Shown: positions 31,501 through 39,432 of the stretch, one piece after another
Layout of the letters: every line of letters starts with the position of its first letter
Numbering within the stretch: the stretch's first letter is position 1
Source of the DNA: an uncultured Chloroflexia bacterium
GTDB lineage: Bacteria; Chloroflexota; Anaerolineae; JAAYZQ01
NCBI GenBank assembly: GCA_963700285.1
Contig: CAVOXA010000010.1
Coordinates: 2,016,001-2,080,000, forward strand
Direction of reading: 5' to 3'
Length of the DNA: 64,000 nt
Made by a program: the position numbers and the translations under genes
The notes under the pieces: generated by a model
Seen by the model: the letters and a program-made list of their open reading frames with translations, nothing else
The model's database searches: none
What the model was told of the DNA's origin: nothing

Positions 31501-31625
31501 ACACTTATCTTATGCGTGCCGGGGTGCCGGGTGACTTTTACACGATGCCCACGACCGCCCACGAAATGTATTTCCCCGAGGTCTTTGGCCGGAGCGATGG
31601 AGGCAAGTTCACCGTACAGCCGTGA
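25547..31625 (+). CDS. Bacterial alpha-2-macroglobulin lipoprotein with N-terminal Ig-like repeats (one indel near 29810)
   Basis: Lipobox LLGAC; repeated TFxQPM Ig domains; YTDRPIYRPGQ (MG2); RSRFADTAFW, LPDNLTTWR; thioester PYECVEQ; DGGWGWW; VEDPLPAGFE; YFPEVFGRS. Confidence 0.92.
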
Positions 31626-31677
31626 GTACGTACAGTGCGGGCCTGTTGTTCGTAATGCTCCGGGGATACGAACAGAC

Positions 31678-31718
31678 AGGCCGCAGGCAACCCGTATGAG
31701 GGTTCCCGCGGCCTTTTC
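31678..31718. terminator. Intrinsic terminator between convergent alpha-2-macroglobulin and purB
   Basis: AGGCCGCAGGCAACCC-gtatga-GGGTTCCCGCGGCCT-TTTC. Confidence 0.65.
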
Positions 31719-31786
31719 TGTTGCGCTCTTGTTCAGGATCTTGAGCAGCGTGGCGCGGATCTTTCCTGTGTCGGTGAGCTCAAACC

Positions 31787-33241
31787 TCAGCCTGCCCAGC
31801 CCTGTCCTTCCTCACCGATCATCGCCGCCAGCTCCCGCGCCCGCTGCGGCGCATCCCCCACATAGTCGCTGGCCTCCAGCATGGCCATCACCTCTTCGAC
31901 CGGCAGGAAAGCCAGTACCTCCCGGTCACCGGCCAACAGACCGGCCAGCGGATTGGGCTCGTCCTGCTGGACCGCGTCCCAGGCCGCCATGCTGTGCTGC
32001 CGGATCAGTTCGTGCATCTCCTGGCGGTCGGCTCCGGCCTTGACCAATTCCATCAACAGGCGCTCCGTGGCGGCAAACGTACCATAGAGCGCCAGGTTGC
32101 GGGCCACCCCCTCTTCCCGGACAACCAGCCCCTGCAGGATACCGTGAGCGCGGAGCAGCAGCTCATCGCAGAGCAGGAACGCCTGGGGCAGGATCAGCCG
32201 GCGGTTGCCCGAGTCGTCCAGGGTGCGCTCCAAAAGCGAATGCGCGGCATTGTCCCACGCCACCCGCGGCAGGGCCGCGACCAGCCGGGCCAGGCTGTCC
32301 ATGTTCTCGGCGCGGACAGGATTCCGCTTGAAGGGCATGGCCGAAGAACCCACCTGGCGGCTGCCAAATGGCTCGTTCCATTCGCCAAAGGGTTGGGCTT
32401 GCAGGATCCTCAGGTCGAAGGCGAACTTGTACAGCGAGCCAGCCAGTCCAGCCAGGGCGTTGAGCACCAGCCAGTCCTGCTTCCGGGGGTAGGTCTGCGT
32501 GGCCACGGGAAAGGCTTCGATCCCCAACTTGGCCATGACCTTGGCTTCCAGTTCGCGGGCGCGTCCCATCTCTCCACTGTCAGGTGGTCGGAAAGAGCCA
32601 GCCCGCCCCGCGGTGGGCGGTGATGCCAGGAGCTGCGTGTACGAGGCCGAGGTCCCGGTGGCGCCCCTGATGCCTTTGCCCCTTAGCCTGTCACGTGTGC
32701 GCTGCAGTTCTTCCAGATCGGTGAGTAGATCAAAGCCGTATTGGGCCAGGCGGTAGCCCACCGTCGTTGGCTCGGCGGGTTGGAGGTGGGTGTAGCCCAT
32801 GCAGGCCTGATCGGCCCGGGCCTCGATCTGCTCAGCCAGGCCGGCCAGCAGCGCGCGCAGCTTCTCCAAGATCAGATCCAGCCCCTCGCAGAGTCGCAGG
32901 GCATCGGCATTGTCCTCGATATCCATGCTGGTGGCACCCAGGTGTATGATACCACCTCCCACCGGGCATTGCTCGGCAAAGGTTCTGACCTCGGCCATCA
33001 GGTCGTGCCGGGTCTCGGCCTCGATCTCGTGGGCGCGTTCGATGTCGATATCCTTGGCGTGGGCGCGCAGATCGGCTACCTGCTCGGGCGTCACCAAGCC
33101 ATAGTCCGCCTGGGCCTCGGCCAGGGCAACCCAGACGCGCCGGAACAGGCGCCGTTGGTGGGCCGTACTCCATATCCGGCGCATCTCATCGGAGCCGTAG
33201 CGCCAGGTCAGCGGCGACAGGTAGGTTTCGTGATCGTACAT
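31787..33241 (-). CDS. purB: Adenylosuccinate lyase
   Basis: YLSPLTWRYGS, TRHDLMA, IHLGATS, GYTHLQPAEPTT, signature GSSAMPFKRNP, LERTLDDS. Confidence 0.95.
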   Translation of the reverse strand: MYDHETYLSPLTWRYGSDEMRRIWSTAHQRRLFRRVWVALAEAQADYGLVTPEQVADLRAHAKDIDIERAHEIEAETRHDLMAEVRTFAEQCPVGGGIIHLGATSMDIEDNADALRLCEGLDLILEKLRALLAGLAEQIEARADQACMGYTHLQPAEPTTVGYRLAQYGFDLLTDLEELQRTRDRLRGKGIRGATGTSASYTQLLASPPTAGRAGSFRPPDSGEMGRARELEAKVMAKLGIEAFPVATQTYPRKQDWLVLNALAGLAGSLYKFAFDLRILQAQPFGEWNEPFGSRQVGSSAMPFKRNPVRAENMDSLARLVAALPRVAWDNAAHSLLERTLDDSGNRRLILPQAFLLCDELLLRAHGILQGLVVREEGVARNLALYGTFAATERLLMELVKAGADRQEMHELIRQHSMAAWDAVQQDEPNPLAGLLAGDREVLAFLPVEEVMAMLEASDYVGDAPQRARELAAMIGEEGQGWAG

Positions 33242-33414
33242 AGCGCCTCCTTTGGACGCGTAGCGTGGCATGGTCTGCGGTGCATTTTACTCTGCCTGCG
33301 CCAGGGTCATAATTCCCAAGAACCGATGGATCTGTCCAATAAAGACAGCCCCGAGTCCACGCCCATTCTACCCCTGATTCCCGCTCCGCGCAAGAAGAGC
33401 GGACCTTGGCTGAT

Positions 33415-33516
33415 GTAGGTGCAACGCACCTCCTTGGCTGAACACCGCAGGGCCATCTTGGTGTGGTTTCTGTTGATGGTAGGGCATTCATCAGAGTGAC
33501 AAGGTGCGTTGCACCT
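33415..33516. repeat. Second GTAG-type REP doublet (REPIN-like)
   Basis: GTAGGTGCAACGCACCT (33415-33431) and AGGTGCGTTGCACCT (33502-33516): 15-bp perfect IR around a 70-bp spacer. Confidence 0.7.
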
Positions 33517-33681
33517 GAACAACCCGTGCACCGCTTCATTTGACCAATGCTCTGGCTCTCAGGTATAATCCATGGAGCCATGGGCATCCCCACCTGGCAC
33601 ACCCAGCCCGAAATCGGCAGGGCTGGCGCCCTACAGTTCCACAATCTCAAAGAGCCGATTGGGATCGATGGAGGAAAACAG

Positions 33682-34176
33682 ATGTCATCTAGAGAGTTCC
33701 GGGTGTCGCGCAAAGAGATGGAAGAGATCCTGCTCGAGGAGACGGTAGGCTACCTGGGTCTATCGGTGGCCGGGAAGCCGTACGTCGTGCCGCTGAACTA
33801 TGCCTATGTGGAGGGCAAAATCCTGTTCCACTGTGCCTTGACCGGCATGAAACTGGACCATCTGCAGGAGAACCCCCAGGTCTGCTTTACGGTGGGGCGC
33901 CAGTCTGGAGAGGTCCGCCGGCACGCGGAGGCGGATCCCTGCCACGTGGACAGTGACAGCGTGATCTGTTATGGCCGGGCGCGTTTGGTTGAGGACCTTG
34001 AGGAGCGCAAAGCAGTACTCGACGCCTTCAACCGTTTCTACCAGCCTGATGCAAAAGAGATCTCGCTGGAAGCAGCGATAAAGTGCGGGGCCGTCGAGAT
34101 CGAGATAGCCGAAATGACAGGCAGAAGGGAGCGGGAAAGAGAGCGCACCTACTGGCGGTACAGTTTCCAGTCCTAG
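33682..34176 (+). CDS. Pyridoxamine 5'-phosphate oxidase-like flavin-binding protein (NimA/Pyridox_ox_2)
   Basis: GYLGL...PYVVPLNYAY....LFHCA..G.KLD.L..NPQVCFTV...SVICYGRA. Confidence 0.88.
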   Translation: MSSREFRVSRKEMEEILLEETVGYLGLSVAGKPYVVPLNYAYVEGKILFHCALTGMKLDHLQENPQVCFTVGRQSGEVRRHAEADPCHVDSDSVICYGRARLVEDLEERKAVLDAFNRFYQPDAKEISLEAAIKCGAVEIEIAEMTGRRERERERTYWRYSFQS

Positions 34177-34330
34177 TGCATGCTTGGACTGATGGTTTGA
34201 ATGCAAAGGTCGCGCTGGCCTAGAAGAGCCAGCGCTAGGCCAGAAACCATAAGACTATGACGAGCACCGCCTGTTTCACGGCGGTGCGGTCGAGTCACCA
34301 TGCCAACACTCAGCTTTGGATATGCACTAG
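34173..34330. mobile_element. MITE-like element, copy 1 (158 bp)
   Basis: Terminal IR CTAGTGCAT/ATGCACTAG with internal hairpins; homologous to 35391-35504. Confidence 0.75.
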
Positions 34331-34375
34331 CCCATCGTCTTGCTCGCGGGATAACTGCCACACTCTGCCCGAGAC

Positions 34376-34404
34376 TTGACAGGCCTTGCAGGCTGTGGTA
34401 AAAC
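34376..34404 (+). promoter_or_regulatory. Promoter upstream of the riboswitch
   Basis: TTGACA, 17 bp, TG-g-TAAAAC. Confidence 0.65.
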
Positions 34405-34428
34405 CCTGCTGCGATAATCGCATAGCTC

Positions 34429-34565
34429 AATCCGCCGAATGCATTGACAGCGGGGGACCCAAATCTGGGGCGAATTGGCCCTCGACAGCACCAACGCCGT
34501 CGAGGGCATAGGGCACGCTTCTTCAGCCCGAGCCCGTCAGCTAACCTCGCAGGCGTAGAAGAAGG
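34429..34565 (+). ncRNA. c-di-AMP riboswitch (ydaO/yuaA class)
   Basis: Hallmark blocks in order: CGCCGAAT, AGCGGGGGACCCA, TGGGGCGAAT, TAGGG, GCCCGAGCCCGTCAGCTAACCTCGCAGGCG. Confidence 0.9.
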
Positions 34566-34596
34566 TCATCTGGCTTTATCCCAGGTGCCCTTTTTT
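34564..34596 (+). terminator. Riboswitch expression-platform terminator
   Basis: GGTCATCTGG-ctttatc-CCAGGTGCCC followed by T6. Confidence 0.7.
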
Positions 34597-34655
34597 CATG
34601 AGGCACCTCACCGGCCAGAGACCCGATGGCTACCCATTCTACGAGGAGGTGCAAG

Positions 34656-34808
34656 ATGCATAGCGGTGCGTACCTGGACGTAATCAAGCTGGAGCACGAA
34701 GTAAGAATCCGCCAGGCAGAAAAGGCCCGCATGTCAGCAAGCGTCAAGAGAACCCAGGCTTCGCCCTCGGTCCTCCGCCATTTGTTGATGTTCTTTGGCC
34801 GCTTCTAA
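34656..34808 (+). CDS. 50-aa small protein downstream of the c-di-AMP riboswitch
   Basis: Strong SD GAGGAGGT before ATG; MHSGAYLDVIKLEHEVRIRQAEKARMSASVKRTQASPSVLRHLLMFFGRF; followed by a terminator. Confidence 0.7.
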   Translation: MHSGAYLDVIKLEHEVRIRQAEKARMSASVKRTQASPSVLRHLLMFFGRF

Positions 34809-34883
34809 CGACAGTCACATCACGAGCGCAGTGCAGATGCGAACCTTGCTCGCACATGCGCTGCGATGCAGGCTCAGGCAACA

Positions 34884-34929
34884 GAAAACGGACCGGCATG
34901 GGCATCGAGGCCCATACCGGTCCGTTTTC
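34884..34929. terminator. Bidirectional intrinsic terminator
   Basis: GAAAACGGACCGGCATGGGC-atcgag-GCCCATACCGGTCCGTTTTC between two convergent small ORFs. Confidence 0.8.
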
Positions 34930-34961
34930 GATCTGTAGGCTGCCGGCAATGCCCGGATGCC

Positions 34962-35159
34962 CTACCCGGAAAGAGCCCGGACGGCAAGATAGCCGGCCAT
35001 CACCAGCAGCACGGCGCCAATCCCCGCACAGCCTCCCGCTGCAGAGTCACGGCCAAGACTTGCCAGACCGCCGATGCCCAGCATCATCAGTCCGCCGCCC
35101 GCCAAGATCGCGGCCAACAGCAGTACCAACACCTGCAAGATAGGTAGTGAGCCGTTCAT
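34962..35159 (-). CDS. 65-aa two-TM membrane protein
   Basis: SD AGAGGAGG; MNGSLPILQVLVLLLAAILAGGGLMMLGIGGL...GCAGIGAVLLVMAGYLAVRALSG. Confidence 0.6.
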   Translation of the reverse strand: MNGSLPILQVLVLLLAAILAGGGLMMLGIGGLASLGRDSAAGGCAGIGAVLLVMAGYLAVRALSG

Positions 35160-35303
35160 CAATAGCCCTCCTCTCAGTAAAGCACTAGATCGGTGGCCGT
35201 GTGTCCCTACTCTATCACATGTCAAAGCCCCTTGCTCGATGGACAGCGTTCTGCGGGCATACGAACGCACTACGAAACGCTTATGTTAGCTTCTCCGGTC
35301 TCC

Positions 35304-35580
35304 TGTAGCCGTCTTGACACCAGGCAGGACATCCTTCGCTACATCGAGGTGTTTTACAACCGGGTGCGCTACCATTCAGCCTTGGGCTAGTAGTGCATGC
35401 TTGAGGCTGATGGTTTGAATGCCTGGAAGAGCCAGCGCTAGGCCAGAAAGGATTAGATAATGGTCGAGTCACCATGCCAACGCTCAGCCTTGGATACGCA
35501 CTAGGTGAATCCGGAACAGTTCGAGCAACCTCTGCATGTGTGTTCAAACAGGGCGTTCACCAAACGGGGCGAACGCTACA
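35304..35580 (+). mobile_element. IS3-family remnant (transposase C-terminus and right end) interrupted by MITE copy 2
   Basis: TRQDILRYIEVFYNRVRYHSALG | MITE | VNPEQFEQ matches the IS3 YN..R.HS.LGY.SP..FE motif; ends ...CACCAAACGGGGCGAACGCTACA. Confidence 0.75.
35391..35504. mobile_element. MITE-like element, copy 2 (114 bp, internally shorter)
   Basis: TAGTGCATGCTTGAGGCTGATGGTTTGAATGC...GGTCGAGTCACCATGCCAACGCTCAGCCTTGGATACGCACTAG, same orientation as copy 1. Confidence 0.78.
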
Positions 35581-35825
35581 GGGGGGCACACGCCGGGACA
35601 CTGAGACACTGAGACAGTAACTTACTCGTCCATGCTGGTACGCGCTCTTCCCCAACCTATATCAGGGCCGCCGTTCATCTCACGCCTGTCCAACCTCCAG
35701 TTCGCCCGCCTCAACACCCCCAACTGGACGGAACCCGCGTCGTCTCACCGAAAGGGTCAAGCTTCTGTAGAACCTCTTCTGTGATTCTCTACCCAACCAC
35801 AGCCATCACCGCATCGCGGCCTGCG

Positions 35826-35854
35826 TTGTCAATTCTGCGGCTTTCTGGTATAAT
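35826..35854 (+). promoter_or_regulatory. Sigma70-type promoter for the GT4/cps genes
   Basis: TTGTCA, 17 bp, TG-g-TATAAT. Confidence 0.75.
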
Positions 35855-35905
35855 TTAGACGCGGTTCCGCCCTGCGGGGGCCGACGCTCGCCAAGCAAGG
35901 ATCCT

Positions 35906-36991
35906 TTGAGAGTCGCAATCGTCCATGACTGGCTCAACCAGATGGGTGGGGCCGAGGGGGTATTGGAGGCGCTGGTGGACATGTTCCCCCAGGCGCCCGT
36001 CTATACGTCGATCTACTGGCGCGAGGCCATGCCCGAGTCGTACCGGGTGTGGGATGTCCGCACCACGTGGATGGACCGCTTGCCGGGCATCTATCGCCGC
36101 CACCAGCCCTACCTGTTGCTTTACCCGGTGGCTTTTGGCGGCCTGGATTTGCGCGGCTATGACCTCGTCCTCTCGAACAAGAGCGCCTTCTGCTTCGGCG
36201 TTCGAACGGCGCCCGACACGCGCCATATCTGTTACTGTCTGACCCCGACGCGCTTTGTGTGGAACTATGATGGCTATGTGGACCGGGAACAGGCGGGCGG
36301 GGCAGCACGACACATGGCGCGGCCTTTCCTGGGCCGGCTCCAGCGCTGGGAGCGGGCAGCAGCCGGCCGGGTGGATGCCTTTGTGGCCATTTCCGGCGAG
36401 GTTCAGGCACGGATCGGGCGCTTGTACAATCGCGACTCGGCCGTCATCTATCCGCCAGTGGACACGGGCAGGTTCAATCCTGCACAGGACCACGATGACT
36501 ATTTCCTCATCGTGTCCCGGCTGATTCCGTACAAACGCATTGATCTGGCTGTGCGGGCCTTTACCGAATTGGGATTGCCGCTCTGGATCGGCGGCAGTGG
36601 CCGCGACCGGGAGAGCCTGGAGGCGATTGCCGGTCCGAATGTTCGCTTCCTGGGTCGCGTGCCGGATAAAGAGTTAGCCCCTTTGCTCGCTCGCTGCCGG
36701 GCCTTTGTCTTTCCCGGGCTGGAGGACTTTGGCATCACGCCGGTAGAGGCCATGGCAGCAGGACGGCCGGTGATTGCCTACGCCGGGGGGGGCGCGCTGG
36801 ACACCGTGGTGGAGGGGGTCACCGGGACCTTTTTCCACGAGCAAATGCCCGAGTCCCTGGCCCAGGCCGTCCGTCGCTTTGACGAGTCGAGTTACGACCC
36901 GGCAGCTATCCGGGCGCACGCCGAGCAGTTTGACGTCAACAAGTTCAAGGCCCATCTGCAGGCGTTTATCGAGCAGAAAACGAGGATCTGA
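35906..36991 (+). CDS. Glycosyltransferase family 4
   Basis: VAIVHDWLNQMGGAEGVL; IVSRLIPYKRID; EDFGITPVEAMAAGRPVIA. Confidence 0.92.
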   Translation: MRVAIVHDWLNQMGGAEGVLEALVDMFPQAPVYTSIYWREAMPESYRVWDVRTTWMDRLPGIYRRHQPYLLLYPVAFGGLDLRGYDLVLSNKSAFCFGVRTAPDTRHICYCLTPTRFVWNYDGYVDREQAGGAARHMARPFLGRLQRWERAAAGRVDAFVAISGEVQARIGRLYNRDSAVIYPPVDTGRFNPAQDHDDYFLIVSRLIPYKRIDLAVRAFTELGLPLWIGGSGRDRESLEAIAGPNVRFLGRVPDKELAPLLARCRAFVFPGLEDFGITPVEAMAAGRPVIAYAGGGALDTVVEGVTGTFFHEQMPESLAQAVRRFDESSYDPAAIRAHAEQFDVNKFKAHLQAFIEQKTRI

Positions 36992-37680
36992 TGGAACTAC
37001 GAGCGTACTGGCGCATCATCTGGCGGCGATGGTGGCTGATCGCTGCGTTGCTGGCCATTGTCCTTGTGGCCAGCCTGGTTACCTACCAGGAGCCCGCACC
37101 GGTGTACCAGGCGACGATGCGCTTTGCCATCGGCATTGAGGGCGATGAGCCGGTGAGCGCGGCCTCAGGTGATGGACGTTCTGATGCCTGGCTGGCCTCG
37201 GAGTACCTGGCCGACGATCTGAGCGAGGTACTCAAGGGTGGGGACTTTGCCGCCCGCATCAGCCAGGACATGGGCTTTGCCCTGCCGGCGGGTATCATCT
37301 TTGCCAGCAGGGAGCACCGTATCATGACGGTAAGTGTTACCTGGAGCGACCCGGACCAGCTCCAGGCCATTGCCGAATCCGTGGGAGCGGCCGTCGAGGA
37401 TGGCGGTTCGGACTATTTTCCCCAGTTGGCTGGGGTCGAGGCCAGGGCGGTGCTGATCGACGGCCCGGGCTTGGGTCAGGTGGGCCGCAGCCTCAAGAGT
37501 AAACTCGATCTCCCCATCCGCCTCTTCATCGCGCTGGTGGCGGGTGTGGCCCTGGCCTTCCTGTGGGACTATCTGGACGATACGGTCCGTGACCGCGCCG
37601 ACGCAGAGGCATTGGGCGCACCGATTCTGGGAGAGATCCCCCGGACAAAGCGTCGATGGGGCAAGACAAAGGGCACTTGA
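36991..37680 (+). CDS. CpsC/CapA (Wzz-like) polysaccharide co-polymerase
   Basis: MELRAYWRIIWRRWWLI two-TM architecture; YLDDTVRD...LGAPILGEIP. Confidence 0.85.
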   Translation: MELRAYWRIIWRRWWLIAALLAIVLVASLVTYQEPAPVYQATMRFAIGIEGDEPVSAASGDGRSDAWLASEYLADDLSEVLKGGDFAARISQDMGFALPAGIIFASREHRIMTVSVTWSDPDQLQAIAESVGAAVEDGGSDYFPQLAGVEARAVLIDGPGLGQVGRSLKSKLDLPIRLFIALVAGVALAFLWDYLDDTVRDRADAEALGAPILGEIPRTKRRWGKTKGT

Positions 37681-37770
37681 CGGTTGCACTCATCCGATTC
37701 CCTGGAATTTGGGTCTTGGGCCTTTCCATGATACAATATTCCGACCAAGATAGGCTATTTGGAGGCAAGT

Positions 37771-38553
37771 GTGGAGTTTCGTGAGTACTGGAATATCGCG
37801 CTCAAGCGCGGCTGGATCATTTTGCTGGTGGCCGTGGTGGCTGCTATTGCGGCGCTGGGTGTCAGCCTGTTGATGTCCGAGACCTACCAGGCCACCATCC
37901 AGCTCAGCATCAATCCTTCGCGGGCCGACTGGGGGCTGAACCAGGCTACCAAGGATCTGCTGCGCAACTATGTGCTCAACATCAGAAGCCACCGCATGAC
38001 ACAGGAGGCCATCGACCGCGCCCAACTCGACATGTCCACCTACGATTTTCTGGCCAACCTGGATGTGAGCGATGATGCCGCGAATCTAAGTCTGACCCTC
38101 CAAGCCGAGAGCCACGACCCGGAGGAAGCGCGGCTGATGGCTCAAACACTGGCCGATGTCTTTGTAGAAGAGCGGAGGCAGTGGAACAGCGAGCAGGACA
38201 AGCGCGACCGCATTTACGTGGAAAAGGTAGACGATATTCGCGACGTTCCGCTATCTTCGCCCAAGGTCAAGTTCAACATGGTAGCCGGTGCTGTATTCGG
38301 CGCAATCATCGGCGGCCTGATCGTCTTCTTTTTGGAGTGGCTACAATCGGACATCCTGCGTACTGCGGCAGATGTGGAAAAGGCCGTGGGTGTTGCTGTC
38401 CTGGGCGCCATCCCTGCCGGCAGTGAGTCCGGGTCCAGCAGCGATTCGAAATGGGGGCTACCAGCCTGGGTGGAGCCTGGACTCCTGCTGACTTTTCTGG
38501 TCGGTGCGGTGATCGGCGCCGGCATCGGTGCTTTGATCGTCGGCTTGCTGTGA
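37771..38553 (+). CDS. Second CpsC/CapA (Wzz-like) co-polymerase with an extra C-terminal TM
   Basis: EFREYWNIALKRGWII; SSPKVKFN...FFLEWL...DVEKAVGVAVLGAIP. Confidence 0.85.
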   Translation: MEFREYWNIALKRGWIILLVAVVAAIAALGVSLLMSETYQATIQLSINPSRADWGLNQATKDLLRNYVLNIRSHRMTQEAIDRAQLDMSTYDFLANLDVSDDAANLSLTLQAESHDPEEARLMAQTLADVFVEERRQWNSEQDKRDRIYVEKVDDIRDVPLSSPKVKFNMVAGAVFGAIIGGLIVFFLEWLQSDILRTAADVEKAVGVAVLGAIPAGSESGSSSDSKWGLPAWVEPGLLLTFLVGAVIGAGIGALIVGLL

Positions 38554-38601
38554 ACAGCCGGTATCCAATCTCCAGGTTCGAATGAGCAGACAGGGCAACC
38601 C

Positions 38602-39267
38602 ATGACTGAAAAGCATACCGACCTAATCACGATTTCCGAACCTCGCTCGCCTATCAGCGAGGCATATCGCAACCTGCGGACAAACCTCGATTTTTCCAGC
38701 CTTGACCAGGCGCTCAAGACACTGGTTGTCACTTCAGCCGGGGTGGGCGAGGGCAAATCCACCACATTGGTGAACCTGGCCGTGGTGTCCGCCCAGGCCG
38801 GGCGCAAGGTGATCCTCGTCGGAGCAGATCTACGACGGCCCAAGCTGTTTCAGATCTTGGGTCTGAACAACGAATCAGGCCTGACAACGATGATGATGGA
38901 TGACGGGGCATTGGCTTCGCCGCCCCTGCAGGCCACAGGTGTTGAGGGGTTGTCGGTATTGACCAGCGGCCCGCTCCCGCCCAATCCTGCCGAACTGATG
39001 GGTTCCCGGCGGATGGAAGAGGTCATCGCCGTGTTGGCTGAACGAGCCGACCAGGTCTTTTTCGACACACCACCGGTAGTCGCTGTGACGGACGCGGCGG
39101 TTCTGGCCACCAAAGTAGATGGGGTATTGCTGGTCATCAGCGCCGGTACAACGCGCCGAGAAAGTGCGCGGTCGGCCGTGCAGCGCCTGGAGCAGATCAA
39201 TGCCCGCCTGGTGGGTACCGTGCTCACCAATGCACAAATGGGCGCTGGATTCAGGGGCTATTACTGA
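38602..39267 (+). CDS. CpsD/CapB bacterial tyrosine kinase
   Basis: SPISEAYRNLRTNL; GVGEGKST; GADLRRP; PPNPAEL; FDTPP; C-terminal GYY. Confidence 0.9.
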   Translation: MTEKHTDLITISEPRSPISEAYRNLRTNLDFSSLDQALKTLVVTSAGVGEGKSTTLVNLAVVSAQAGRKVILVGADLRRPKLFQILGLNNESGLTTMMMDDGALASPPLQATGVEGLSVLTSGPLPPNPAELMGSRRMEEVIAVLAERADQVFFDTPPVVAVTDAAVLATKVDGVLLVISAGTTRRESARSAVQRLEQINARLVGTVLTNAQMGAGFRGYY

Positions 39268-39292
39268 GCGGCGGCGATAACGACACCTGGCG

Positions 39293-39331
39293 AGGTCCGC
39301 TGCTCCTCCTTTTGGGCGGCGGGCCTTTTTT
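39293..39331 (+). terminator. Intrinsic terminator
   Basis: AGGTCCGCTGCTC...GGGCGGCGGGCCT followed by a T run. Confidence 0.7.
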
Positions 39332-39432
39332 GACGGTAAGTGGCTGGCGGTTCATGGGTTCCAAGCATTGGAGTTACTTGTCATGCGCCCTGCGTCTGCG
39401 CGGTGGGCGCGCTCTCGGATAGTTGCGTAACA

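Noticed and set aside
35597-35617. GACACTGA micro-tandem
   Set aside because: About 2.5 copies of 8 bp next to an IS end; compatible with slippage or chance.
35660-35825. 6S RNA-like element (TTGACCC, GCGGGTTC, GAACGGC on the - strand; weak end pairing)
   Set aside because: Spacing between the motifs is too short for the 6S central bubble and no long stem could be built by eye; needs cmscan.
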